The notes under the pieces are model-generated. The model did no database searches and was not told the origin of the DNA. It worked only from the letters and a program-made list of their open reading frames with translations. A stretch of 19,326 nucleotides of DNA, from the NCBI GenBank assembly GCA_044868695.1, contig JBIOWP010000156.1:1-19326 (forward strand), written 5' to 3'. This DNA comes from a bacterium (lineage in GTDB: Bacteria > Sysuimicrobiota > Sysuimicrobiia > Sysuimicrobiales > Kaftiobacteriaceae). Shown here one piece after another: positions 1-8,607 of this stretch (positions are counted from its first letter, which is position 1; the number at the start of each line of letters is the position of its first letter). The translations under genes and the position numbers were made by a program.

Positions 1-797
1 AGGCTCCGATTCACGGCATGGCCGGCTCGGTGGTGGATAGTCCGGCCTGGCGCCTCATCCACGCGCTCTCCGCGCTCACGACGCCGGGCGGGCGCGCGGT
101 CCCCCGGGACGGGTTCGACGGCGACGGGCAGGCACCGACGCCCGAGGAGGCGGCGGAGATGGACGCGGTTCGCCGGCGGTTTGCGGGGAGGCCCTGGCAG
201 GAGGTCCTGCCGGGAGTGCAGGGTGCCAGAACACCGGCGATCGGCGACGCGGCCGAAGACGAAGTCTACCGCCGCTACTTTTTCGGCTCGAGTGTGAACA
301 TCAACGGGCTCCGCAGCGGGTACCTGGGTCCCCACACGGCGAGCTTCACGCTGCCGCACGTGGCGGAGGCGTTCCTCGACATCCGCGTCCCACGCGTGTG
401 GGACGTCCGCCGCGTGCTCGACGTCATGCGGGCGCGGCTGGACGGCTCGGCCTTCGCCGACGTGGAGCTCGACGTGATCGGCGCGTTCAACGGATTTCGG
501 GTGAGCCGCGACGCGACGATCGCCCACGCCGCGGAGGGGCTCTTCGCCGCTCACGAGGTCGAGGTCGTGTGGTGGCCCATGACCGGGGGCGGGGGACCAT
601 GGTCGATCTTTTCAGAGGAGTTCGGAATGCCGGTCCTCCGAGACGTGGGCCTCGGCCACGGGCGGGCGGGCGCGACCGACGAGTACCTTGTCGTCGAGGG
701 GAAGGGCCGGGTGGCGGGGATGGTCGAGATGGCGCTGTCTCACGCTGAGGTGATGCTGAGGCTGGCACAGATGCCGGCGGGGAGGAAGACGCAATGA
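1..797 (+). CDS. M20/M25/M40 family metallo-hydrolase, C-terminal part (5'-truncated by window edge)
   Basis: Frame is open from nt 3 (APIHGMAGSVVDSPAWRLIHAL). It has M20 dipeptidase-like dimerisation-domain features (NINGLRSGYLG..TLP..AEAFLDIRV) and C-terminal GLGHG..TDEYL. The stop overlaps the next gene's start (ATGA, 794-797). Confidence 0.75.
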   Translation, partial: APIHGMAGSVVDSPAWRLIHALSALTTPGGRAVPRDGFDGDGQAPTPEEAAEMDAVRRRFAGRPWQEVLPGVQGARTPAIGDAAEDEVYRRYFFGSSVNINGLRSGYLGPHTASFTLPHVAEAFLDIRVPRVWDVRRVLDVMRARLDGSAFADVELDVIGAFNGFRVSRDATIAHAAEGLFAAHEVEVVWWPMTGGGGPWSIFSEEFGMPVLRDVGLGHGRAGATDEYLVVEGKGRVAGMVEMALSHAEVMLRLAQMPAGRKTQ

Positions 798-1966
798 CGG
801 CGGTGGACATCGGAACGCCGTTGAGCCGGCGGGCGATCGACCTGGCGCAGCGCCTCCTGCGTACGCCGAGTGTCAATCCTCCCGGAGATGTGTCCGCCTG
901 CGCTGCCCTTCTCGCCGGTGCGTTCCAGGAGGCGAAGATCCCTGTCGAGCTGGTTGAGGGCGAGCCGGGACGCGTCAACGTGGTGGCGCGCCTTACGGGC
1001 GCGAGCGAAGGCCGGCGCGTGCTGCTGAACGGCCATCTCGACGTCGTGCCCGCGACGGCCGGCTGGCGTGTCGATCCCTTCGAGGGGCGCATCGAAGATG
1101 GGCGCCTGATCGGTCGGGGCGCCGTGGACATGAAGGCAGGCGTGGCGGCGATGGCCGCGGTCATGGAGGAGTTGCGCAGGCGCGGCCTGCCCCGCCGTGG
1201 CGAGGTGCTCTTCGCCGCGGTGGCGGACGAGGAGACCGGAAGCCATCAGGGGACTCAACTGCTCATGCGGCGGGGACTTCGCGCGGATGTGGCCATCGTG
1301 GGAGAGCCCACGAATCTGGAGATCAGCCACGGCAACCGCGGGTCGTGGTGGGCGACGGTGACCATCAAGGGGAAGGCCGCGCACGCCGCCCGGCCCCACC
1401 TGGGTGTGAACGCGCTTTCCGCTGCCGCCGAGTTCGTGCGCCTGGTCGAGTCGTTCAAGTCCGGCCGCACCGACCCGCGCTTCGAAGTACCCACGGCAAC
1501 GATGACCCCCACGGTTATCCAAGGGGGAGTGAAGAGTAACATCGTCCCCGACCAGGTGGTCGTCACCATCGACCGGCGCATGGTGCCCGGTGAATCAAGC
1601 GCGACAGCCGAGCAGGAGCTCCGCACCCTGCTGGACCGCATCGGCCGTCCGGGCATTAGCGCGGAGGTGGAGGTGCATCCATCCTACGAGCCATACATGA
1701 TCGATGCAGACGCGCCTGTGGTCGCGGTCCTACGCCGGGTGTGTACGCGGGTGCTCGGGCGGACGCCGGCGCTCTCAGGGAAGGCGGGAGCGACGGACGC
1801 CTCTCATCTCTTTCACCTGGGAGGGATCCAGCCGGTGATCTTCGGCCCCGGTGATCCCACCCTCGCCCATACGTCCAATGAAGCGGTCGAAGTCGCCCAG
1901 ATCGCCTCGGCCGCATCGGTGTACCTCGAGGCGCTGGGAGCGCTGACGGAAGAAGGAGGGGTCTGA
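794..1966 (+). CDS. M20 family metallopeptidase/deacylase (ArgE/DapE-like)
   Basis: All metal motifs are present: NGHLDVVP, GRGAVDMKAG, ADEETGS, VGEPT, AHTSNE. GGAGG SD lies upstream. Confidence 0.93.
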   Translation: MTAVDIGTPLSRRAIDLAQRLLRTPSVNPPGDVSACAALLAGAFQEAKIPVELVEGEPGRVNVVARLTGASEGRRVLLNGHLDVVPATAGWRVDPFEGRIEDGRLIGRGAVDMKAGVAAMAAVMEELRRRGLPRRGEVLFAAVADEETGSHQGTQLLMRRGLRADVAIVGEPTNLEISHGNRGSWWATVTIKGKAAHAARPHLGVNALSAAAEFVRLVESFKSGRTDPRFEVPTATMTPTVIQGGVKSNIVPDQVVVTIDRRMVPGESSATAEQELRTLLDRIGRPGISAEVEVHPSYEPYMIDADAPVVAVLRRVCTRVLGRTPALSGKAGATDASHLFHLGGIQPVIFGPGDPTLAHTSNEAVEVAQIASAASVYLEALGALTEEGGV

Positions 1967-3537
1967 TGCGACGCACTCTTGGTAGATTCACAATGCTGTT
2001 CGTGATGGTCGCACTGCTGATCGGCGGCGTTGCGACGGCGCCATATGCGGCGCCGGGTCAGCCGCGGGTGCTGACCTACGGCATGCGGCTGGAGCCGAAA
2101 TCGTTTGATCCCGCCGGCGGGAACGAGCAGTACACGCTCAAGGTCATCCGCAGCGCCTACGAAGGGCTCATCCAGGAAAAATTCGGCACGACGCAACTCG
2201 AGCCCGGCCTCGCCGAGTCCTGGACCGTGTCGCCCGACAACATGACCTGGACGTTCAAGCTGCGGCGGGGCGTGAAGTTTCACGACGGCTCGGAGTTTGA
2301 CGCCGGCGCTGTCCAGTTCACCTTTGATCGCCTGAGGAAGGTCCCGATCGGCGCCCACCGGCTCGTCGCCGGCGCGGCGGTGGAGGTGGTCGATCCGTTC
2401 ACCGTCAGAATTGTGCTGAAGGCGCCCGACGTCTACTTCCCCTACAGCCTCGCGAAGGTGCCGATCGTGTCGCCCCGGGCGGTCCGGGACCACGACGAAG
2501 GCGGCGACGACGCGCAGAAGTGGCTGGCCCGGAATACCGCGGGGACCGGACCCTACCGCATTGCCCGGTGGGAATCCAACCAGTTCATTCTGCTGGACCG
2601 GTTCCAGGACTACTGGCGGGGGTGGACCGGGCCGCACCTCGACCAGGTGCGGATTATCATCGTCCCCGAGCCCGCGACGATGCTGCAGATGCTCGAGCGC
2701 AACGAGATCGACATGATGTCGAACCCGATCCTCCCGCAGGACATCGAGCGCTTGAAGAGGAACCCCGGCCTACAGTTCGTGGCCGGTCCGGCCCTGGAGA
2801 CGGACATCTTCAGCCTCAACACCCGGAAGCCGCCGCTGGACAACAAGCAGTTCCGCGAGGGGCTGTCCTATCTGTTCGACTACCAGACGATGGCGCAGCG
2901 CGTCCTCGGAGGGTATGGACGCATCCCCCGAGGGTTCCTCCCCACGGGCTTCGAGTGCTTCAACCAGAAGATGAAGCCAATGGTGCACGATCCTATGCGA
3001 GGCAGAGCGTTGATTCAGCAATCCGGCGTGACGCGGGCCAGCCTGATCTACAACTACACTGCGGCGCGCGAAGACTACCGGCAGGCGGGTCTGCTGCTCC
3101 AGGACGCCTTGCGGGACCTGGGAATCGAATTGCGGATGCAGGAGTTCCCGTTCACGACGCTGATCGAGCAGCAGCAGCGGGTGGACACGGCGCCCCACAT
3201 GGCGCCGCTGGCCATGGGCGCGTTTAGCGGGGACCCGATTTTCTTCCTCGAGCTGAACTTCCACAGCAAGAACATGGGTGGTCCCTACAATTGGTCCCAC
3301 TACCAGAACCTTGAGGTCGATGGCCTGCTGGCAAGAGCGCGCGCGACCGCCGATCGCGCCGCGCGCTGTCAGATGCTCGGCAGGGTGCAGGAGATTCTCG
3401 TCGCCGATGCTGCGGCGATCTTCATGGTCAGTCCATCAAAAGTGGAGTTCATACGGAAACGCGTCAAGGGCTACCGGCTGCATCCCCTCGACTTTGTCTG
3501 GCCCGTGCGTTTCTATGAGCTGCATCTCGAGGAATAG
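1966..3537 (+). CDS. ABC transporter substrate-binding protein, family 5 (DppA/OppA-like)
   Basis: Signal peptide, plus LEPGLAESWTVSPD..WTFKLRRGVKFHDG and GTGPY motifs. TGATG overlap with the upstream gene; GGAGG SD. Confidence 0.95.
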   Translation: MRRTLGRFTMLFVMVALLIGGVATAPYAAPGQPRVLTYGMRLEPKSFDPAGGNEQYTLKVIRSAYEGLIQEKFGTTQLEPGLAESWTVSPDNMTWTFKLRRGVKFHDGSEFDAGAVQFTFDRLRKVPIGAHRLVAGAAVEVVDPFTVRIVLKAPDVYFPYSLAKVPIVSPRAVRDHDEGGDDAQKWLARNTAGTGPYRIARWESNQFILLDRFQDYWRGWTGPHLDQVRIIIVPEPATMLQMLERNEIDMMSNPILPQDIERLKRNPGLQFVAGPALETDIFSLNTRKPPLDNKQFREGLSYLFDYQTMAQRVLGGYGRIPRGFLPTGFECFNQKMKPMVHDPMRGRALIQQSGVTRASLIYNYTAAREDYRQAGLLLQDALRDLGIELRMQEFPFTTLIEQQQRVDTAPHMAPLAMGAFSGDPIFFLELNFHSKNMGGPYNWSHYQNLEVDGLLARARATADRAARCQMLGRVQEILVADAAAIFMVSPSKVEFIRKRVKGYRLHPLDFVWPVRFYELHLEE

Positions 3538-3576
3538 GAGGAATCGCCGGGAGATCCGCGTCGCAGGGGGGCGGCC

Positions 3577-4584
3577 ATGGCCAGGTTCCTCGTGAAGCGG
3601 CTGGGCGCCATGCTGCTGGTGCTGCTCGGCATGTCCCTAGTCACGTTCGTCATCGCGCACCTCCTTCCATCGGATCCCGCCCGCGTGGCCGCGGGCCCCA
3701 ATGCATCTAAGGAGGACGTGGAAGTCGTCCGCCGCCGGCTCGGCCTGGACAAGGCGCTCCACGTCCAGTATGCCGTCTACCTCAAGCACCTGCTCACACT
3801 GGACCTGGGCACCTCCATCCGGAGCCGCCAGCCGATCACGACGGAGATCGGCCGCCACATCCCCGCGACGGTCGAGCTGACGTTGGTGTCCATCGTGGTC
3901 TATGTGGCCATCGCGGTTCCCCTCGGGGTGCTGGCCGCAGCGCATCATTCGAAGTGGATCGACAGCCTGGTCCGGCTGGGATCGGTCGCGGGGTCGGCCC
4001 TCGCTCCCTTCTGGCTTGCGCTCGTCCTGCAGTTCGTCTTCTATCGGACGCTCGCCTGGCTGCCCGCCGGCGGACGGCTGCCCATGGATCTCTCGCCCCC
4101 GCCCCATAGCACCGGCCTGTACCTCGTTGACAGCCTGCTTGCCGGTGACCTGCGGACGCTGGGGGCGGCCGCGGTGCATCTGGTCCTGCCGGTCACCGCG
4201 CTGGTCTTGGGCCGGCTCGGCCTGACCACGCGCATGACGCGCGCCCAGATGGTGCAGGAGCTGTCGCAGGACTACGTGCGGACCGCCCGGGCCAAGGGCC
4301 TGGCCGAGCGCCGCGTCCTCTATCACCATGTGCTGAGGAACGCGCTCAACCCCGTCGTGACGATGGTGGGGATCCAGACGGCCTACCTGCTGTCCGGAAC
4401 CATCCTGGTCGAAGGCATCTTCCGCTGGCCGGGCCTCGGTCAGTACGCGCTGGAAGCAATCGTGGAGATGGATGTGCCGTCCGTCCTGGGTGTGGCGCTC
4501 ACGAGTTCCGTGTTTTTTGTACTGATAAACCTCATCGTGGACACGGCTTACGCGCTGATGGACCGGAGAGTGCGGGTATTCTGA
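3577..4584 (+). CDS. Peptide/nickel ABC transporter permease (DppB/OppB-like)
   Basis: Hydrophobic helices, DYVRTARAKGL EAA-loop motif and VEGIFRWPGLG. Confidence 0.95.
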   Translation: MARFLVKRLGAMLLVLLGMSLVTFVIAHLLPSDPARVAAGPNASKEDVEVVRRRLGLDKALHVQYAVYLKHLLTLDLGTSIRSRQPITTEIGRHIPATVELTLVSIVVYVAIAVPLGVLAAAHHSKWIDSLVRLGSVAGSALAPFWLALVLQFVFYRTLAWLPAGGRLPMDLSPPPHSTGLYLVDSLLAGDLRTLGAAAVHLVLPVTALVLGRLGLTTRMTRAQMVQELSQDYVRTARAKGLAERRVLYHHVLRNALNPVVTMVGIQTAYLLSGTILVEGIFRWPGLGQYALEAIVEMDVPSVLGVALTSSVFFVLINLIVDTAYALMDRRVRVF

Positions 4585-5411
4585 TCCGCCGCATCTTCCT
4601 TCGCGATGCCGCGGCGGCGGCAGGGACGCTGCTCACCCTCGCCGTGCTCGTGTTTGCCGCCGTGGGTCCCCTGGTCGCACCCTACGATCCGATAAAGATC
4701 GACATGACCCGCCAGCTGCTGCCGCCGACCCGTGCACATTGGTTCGGCACGGACGAAGCCGGACGTGACCTCTTCACGCGCATGGCCCACGGGGCGCGGT
4801 ATTCGTTGGGCGCGGCAGCGGTGATCATCGGCCTGGCCACAGCCGCCGGCTTCGCCGTCGGGGGGATCTCCGGCTATCTTGGAGGATGGATTGACGACAT
4901 CCTCATGCGCCTGGTCGATTTGATCATGGCCTTCCCGCTGCTGATCCTGGCCATGGCCATTGCGATCGTCCTGGGGCCGGGGCTGCAGTCGAGCGTGATC
5001 GCGCTTGCCGTCGCCTGGTGGCCTTCCTACGCGCGGCTGGTCCGGGGCATGGTCCTGACGATCAAGGAGCGCCTCCACGTCGAGTCCGCGCGAGCGGTCG
5101 GCGCGCCCCTCTGGCTCATTCTCGCACGCCATATCCTGCCGCACACGGTCCCAGCCGTCAGCGCCCGTGTCGCGACGGATCTGGGGTTTGCCATCATTGT
5201 GAGTTCGGGGCTTTCGTTCATCGGTCTGGGAGCGCAGCAACCGCTGCCGGAATGGGGCTCGATGATCGCGACCTCCCGGCTCTTCTTCCTGACCGCGTGG
5301 TGGTATGGCTTGTTCCCGGGACTCGCGATTTTCGCCACGGTTCTCGGCGTCAGCCTCGTGGGGGACGCGCTGCAGGATGCTCTGGATCCAACACAGCGCG
5401 GCCGCGCATGA
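4581..5411 (+). CDS. Peptide/nickel ABC transporter permease (DppC/OppC-like); start probably CTG 4581 rather than GTG 4644
   Basis: HWFGTDEAGRD, ESARAVGA..RHILP and LSFIGLGAQ..PEWG motifs. The in-frame upstream segment IRRIFLRDAAAAAGTLLTLAV restores the usual N-terminal basic stretch and TM1. Confidence 0.9.
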   Translation: MIRRIFLRDAAAAAGTLLTLAVLVFAAVGPLVAPYDPIKIDMTRQLLPPTRAHWFGTDEAGRDLFTRMAHGARYSLGAAAVIIGLATAAGFAVGGISGYLGGWIDDILMRLVDLIMAFPLLILAMAIAIVLGPGLQSSVIALAVAWWPSYARLVRGMVLTIKERLHVESARAVGAPLWLILARHILPHTVPAVSARVATDLGFAIIVSSGLSFIGLGAQQPLPEWGSMIATSRLFFLTAWWYGLFPGLAIFATVLGVSLVGDALQDALDPTQRGRA

Positions 5412-5448
5412 GCCGGGGTCGTGCCCTGATGAGACGGAGGCGCACACG

Positions 5449-6444
5449 ATGCGGGCGGTAGTGCTCGAGCGGTTCGGCGGTCCGGACGTCTTGCAGGTGC
5501 GGAGTCTTCCGGATCTGCGCCCGGGCCTGTCACAGGTCCGGGTGAAGGTCGAGGCCACGGCGCTGAACCGCGCCGATGTGCTGCAGCGCGAGGGGAGGTA
5601 TCCTGCCCCGGCGCCGAAGCCGGGGGACATTCTCGGGCTGGAGTTTTCGGGCACCGTGGACCAGGTCGGCCCCGGCGTGACCGCGTGGAAACCCGGCGAT
5701 CGGGTCTTTGGGTTGGTCGGGGAAGGGGCGTACGCCGACCAGCTTGTCACCCACGAGCGCATGCTGATGCCGATTCCCGCGGGCCTGTCGTTCGAGGAGG
5801 CGGCCGGCATCCCCGAGGTGTACTTTACGGCGTACGATGCGCTCGTCGACCGCGCCCACGTTGGTCTGGGCGACGTCGTGCTCATTCATGCGGCCGGCAG
5901 CGGAGTCGGCACGGCGGCGATCCAGCTGGCCAAGGCGATGGGAGCCCGCGTCATCGCGACGACGGGCACTGAGGACAAGGTGCGCCGCGCCCAGACCCTC
6001 GGCGCCGACCGGGTGATCAACTACAAGCAGGAAGCCTTTGAACCCATCGTGATGGCCGAGACCGAACACCACGGCGCCGACGTGATCCTGGACTTCATCG
6101 GGGGGCCTTACCTCGAACGGAATGTGTCGGCCGCGGCGACGCTGGGGCGCATCGTGTTAATCGGGCTGCTTGGAGGCACGCGGGGCGAGATTGATGTCCG
6201 GCCGTTCTTTGCCAAGCGCCTCAGCCTGATCGGGACAACTCTGCGCGCGCGTCCCATCGAGCAGAAGATCGAACTGACGCAGCGGTTCATGGCCCACCTG
6301 CTGCCATTGTTTGCCTCCGGCCGGCTGAAGGCGGTGATCGACAAGACTTTTCCCCTGGACGACATCTCCGGCGCGCACCGATATATGGAAGAAGATCGCA
6401 ATTTCGGAAAGATCATCGTGCGCCCGGGGGCCGGCAGGGATTAG
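5449..6444 (+). CDS. NAD(P)H-quinone oxidoreductase, PIG3/zeta-crystallin (MDR) family
   Basis: ALNRADVLQREGRYP, GLEFSG, LIHAAGSGVGTAAIQ and NFGKII motifs. GGAGG at 5436-5440 supports ATG 5449. Confidence 0.93.
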   Translation: MRAVVLERFGGPDVLQVRSLPDLRPGLSQVRVKVEATALNRADVLQREGRYPAPAPKPGDILGLEFSGTVDQVGPGVTAWKPGDRVFGLVGEGAYADQLVTHERMLMPIPAGLSFEEAAGIPEVYFTAYDALVDRAHVGLGDVVLIHAAGSGVGTAAIQLAKAMGARVIATTGTEDKVRRAQTLGADRVINYKQEAFEPIVMAETEHHGADVILDFIGGPYLERNVSAAATLGRIVLIGLLGGTRGEIDVRPFFAKRLSLIGTTLRARPIEQKIELTQRFMAHLLPLFASGRLKAVIDKTFPLDDISGAHRYMEEDRNFGKIIVRPGAGRD

Positions 6445-6455
6445 CGAGGGCCGTT

Positions 6456-7838
6456 CTAGAGGTTTTGCTTCTGCTGCTCGGCGGCGGGGTCGCGGTCTTT
6501 CGGTTCTTCCACTTTGGGGGTTTCGGTGCCGTTGCCGTTCGCTGAGGCGGCGCTCACCTGCGCGGCGACGCGGTTCGAAATACGCCGGACCAGGTCCATG
6601 TGCTCCGCGCGCCGGCGGAAGGACCGCAGCGGCTGCATCGCGGTACCGGCCTCGCGCTGCATGACCCGCATGAACGACCCCACCACGGCCGGGTCAAACG
6701 CCTTGCCGGCTTCCTGACGGATCACCTGGAGCGCGCGGAGCGGGCCCTGCGCCCTGCGGTAGGGGCGGTCGGTGACCAGGGCTTCGTAGGCGTCGGCGAC
6801 GGCGATGACCCGCGCCGCCACAGGAATTTCTTCCGCCGATAGCCCATCCGGGTAGCCGGAACCATCCCACTTCTCGTGGCTGTGGCGCACGGCCAGCTTG
6901 ATTCCTTCAGGAATGGGCACGGGGGAGAGGATGTCGTACCCCAGGATGGGGTGCCGCCGCATGACCTCCCACTCCTCGGGGGAGAGACTGCCGTTCTTCG
7001 AGAGGAGCTCGTCTCGAATGCCGATCTTGCCCACGTCGTGGAGCAGCGCCGCGACCTGGACCTCGCTGATAGCCGCATCCCCCAGCCCCATCTCTCCGGC
7101 GATGGCCTCCGAGTACTCGGCCACCCGCGACGAGTGGTGGGCGGTGGGCATGTCGCGCGCGTCGACCGCGTTGGCCAGAGACCGGATGATGCCGATGAAC
7201 GCGCTCTGCAGCACGCCCTGCTGGTGCGCGAGGTTGCGCGACGCCTGGCGGACGATCGTAAACATAGCGACATAAAGAAGCAGGATCCCAAAGACCACAC
7301 TGCCCCGCATCGTCCAGGTGAGCCGGACGAGCGTGGGTTCCAGGTCGGCCGCATTGGAGACGACGTCGTAGACGGCGACCGGCTGCGAGTCACCCTCTAC
7401 GACGACCGGGACGAAGACTTCCATCCGGCCCGCCCTGGCCGCCCCGTTCTCGGGCGGCAGCAGCTGCCACGACAGGCGGCCGCCGAGGGCGTTCTGCAGG
7501 ATTTGAGACAGCGGCTGGCTTGTGCCGATCAGCGACGCGTTGTCGCTGTACAGGATCTCGCCGTTGCGGTTCCACACCGAGACGTGAATGATGTTGGCCT
7601 TGCCGATCAGGCTGCGCAGCGTGAATTCGAATTGGGCGCGGATCGCGGGCGGACGCTGGAAGAAGTCCTTGCGCACGAGACGGGGAGCAGCGAACTCGGA
7701 GACATACACCGCGAATGCATGAGCCTGCCGGCGAAGCGCAGACTCAGTCGCGATGCGGGCGGCGATCTCCCCAAACATCACTCCGAGAATGATAGCGGTC
7801 GTGAGGCTGACCAGCGTAAAACGCTGGAGCAGCGTCAT
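6456..7838 (-). CDS. Membrane-anchored HD-GYP domain protein (putative cyclic di-nucleotide phosphodiesterase) with an extracytoplasmic sensor; alternative start at 8090
   Basis: Two TM segments, then T.HHSSRVA, LLHDVGKIG, HPILG, HEKWDGSGYPDGL, VADAYEAL and DRPYR. Start codon uncertain. Confidence 0.9.
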   Translation of the reverse strand: MTLLQRFTLVSLTTAIILGVMFGEIAARIATESALRRQAHAFAVYVSEFAAPRLVRKDFFQRPPAIRAQFEFTLRSLIGKANIIHVSVWNRNGEILYSDNASLIGTSQPLSQILQNALGGRLSWQLLPPENGAARAGRMEVFVPVVVEGDSQPVAVYDVVSNAADLEPTLVRLTWTMRGSVVFGILLLYVAMFTIVRQASRNLAHQQGVLQSAFIGIIRSLANAVDARDMPTAHHSSRVAEYSEAIAGEMGLGDAAISEVQVAALLHDVGKIGIRDELLSKNGSLSPEEWEVMRRHPILGYDILSPVPIPEGIKLAVRHSHEKWDGSGYPDGLSAEEIPVAARVIAVADAYEALVTDRPYRRAQGPLRALQVIRQEAGKAFDPAVVGSFMRVMQREAGTAMQPLRSFRRRAEHMDLVRRISNRVAAQVSAASANGNGTETPKVEEPKDRDPAAEQQKQNL

Positions 7839-8095
7839 CTCGGAAGGCCCGGCGGCCCGCCCCTGTGACTCGAACGCGTTCTTCTCCCCGAATGAGTGCG
7901 GCTCGATACCACACCTCGCCTCGAACCCGAATTGTGCAAGGTGACGCCAGGGGGACGAACCGAGTCCGCCAGACCCGGCTCGCGTCACAAAATGCTGACG
8001 ATCTCCGGTCCGCCGAGAGGAACGGGGCGCGTATGATGCGGCGAGGAAGGGAAGTAGACTATCGTCCTCGACGGGTTTTGGCGACGGCATCGCAG

Positions 8096-8124
8096 AGACT
8101 ACCACAGCCACCTAGGCCCGTCAA
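8096..8124 (-). promoter_or_regulatory. sigma70-type promoter for the HD-GYP gene
   Basis: Minus strand reads TTGACG (8124-8119), 17 nt, TAGTCT (8101-8096), with an extended -10 TG. Confidence 0.65.
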
Positions 8125-8303
8125 GGAATGAATTGTTACATTCGAGTTCCATCGAATACCATGTCTGCCACGTTCCACCTGGGGGAACGGCTTATTTGTG
8201 CGACAGGAACCCGGTCTCACCCGGGGGAACTCTTTAGCCCGGCGAACGCGTGTCCGGTGTCGACGCCGGATCGGCTGGGAAGGCGGGTGCCAAGATGGGA
8301 CCG

Positions 8304-8564
8304 ATGGATGAGCGCGAGCGGACGGGGGTCTTCCGGGTTGGTGCACCTACGGCAAAGGACATCCACAAGATCTTTTCCCACGTCTTCCAGGCATTGAAGG
8401 AGAAAGGCTACGATCCGGTGGACCAGATCGTCGGGTACTTGCTGTCGGGCGATCCCACGTACGTGACCAGCCATCGCGACGCGCGGACCGTCATCCGCCA
8501 GGTCGACCGGCTCTTACTCCTGGAAGAACTGGTGCGCTGCTACGTGGAACAGAAGATGAAGTAG
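8304..8564 (+). CDS. ireB: IreB/ReoM family (UPF0297) regulatory phosphoprotein; alternative start ATG 8295
   Basis: Signature ALKEKGYDPVDQIVGYLLSGDPTYVTSHRDAR..IR..DR..LLEELVR. Thr falls at residue 7 from ATG 8304. Confidence 0.92.
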   Translation: MDERERTGVFRVGAPTAKDIHKIFSHVFQALKEKGYDPVDQIVGYLLSGDPTYVTSHRDARTVIRQVDRLLLLEELVRCYVEQKMK

Positions 8565-8607
8565 GTCCCGACGCAGCATCGACGCAGCGACGACAGGGAG
8601 ACATTCG

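Noticed and set aside
5305..5448. Long N-terminal extension of the quinone oxidoreductase in the ORF track
   Set aside because: Overlaps dppC. The SD and family N-terminus support ATG 5449.
4548..5885. 445-aa antisense ORF and similar long antisense or alternate frames elsewhere (e.g. 6876-7868, 8887-9846, 11146-12183)
   Set aside because: Expected in high-GC DNA overlapping well-supported genes. No recognisable motifs.
7960..8085. c-di-GMP-I riboswitch in the HD-GYP leader (minus strand GCCAAAACCCGTCGAGGACG ... GCCGGGTCT)
   Set aside because: Lacks the GGCAAA / GNRA-capped P2 / GCAAA spacing and pairing. The resemblance is superficial; an Rfam scan would settle it.
8569..8588. CGACGCAGC direct repeat between ireB and murA
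   Set aside because: Two 9-mers in GC-rich DNA with no support for a function.
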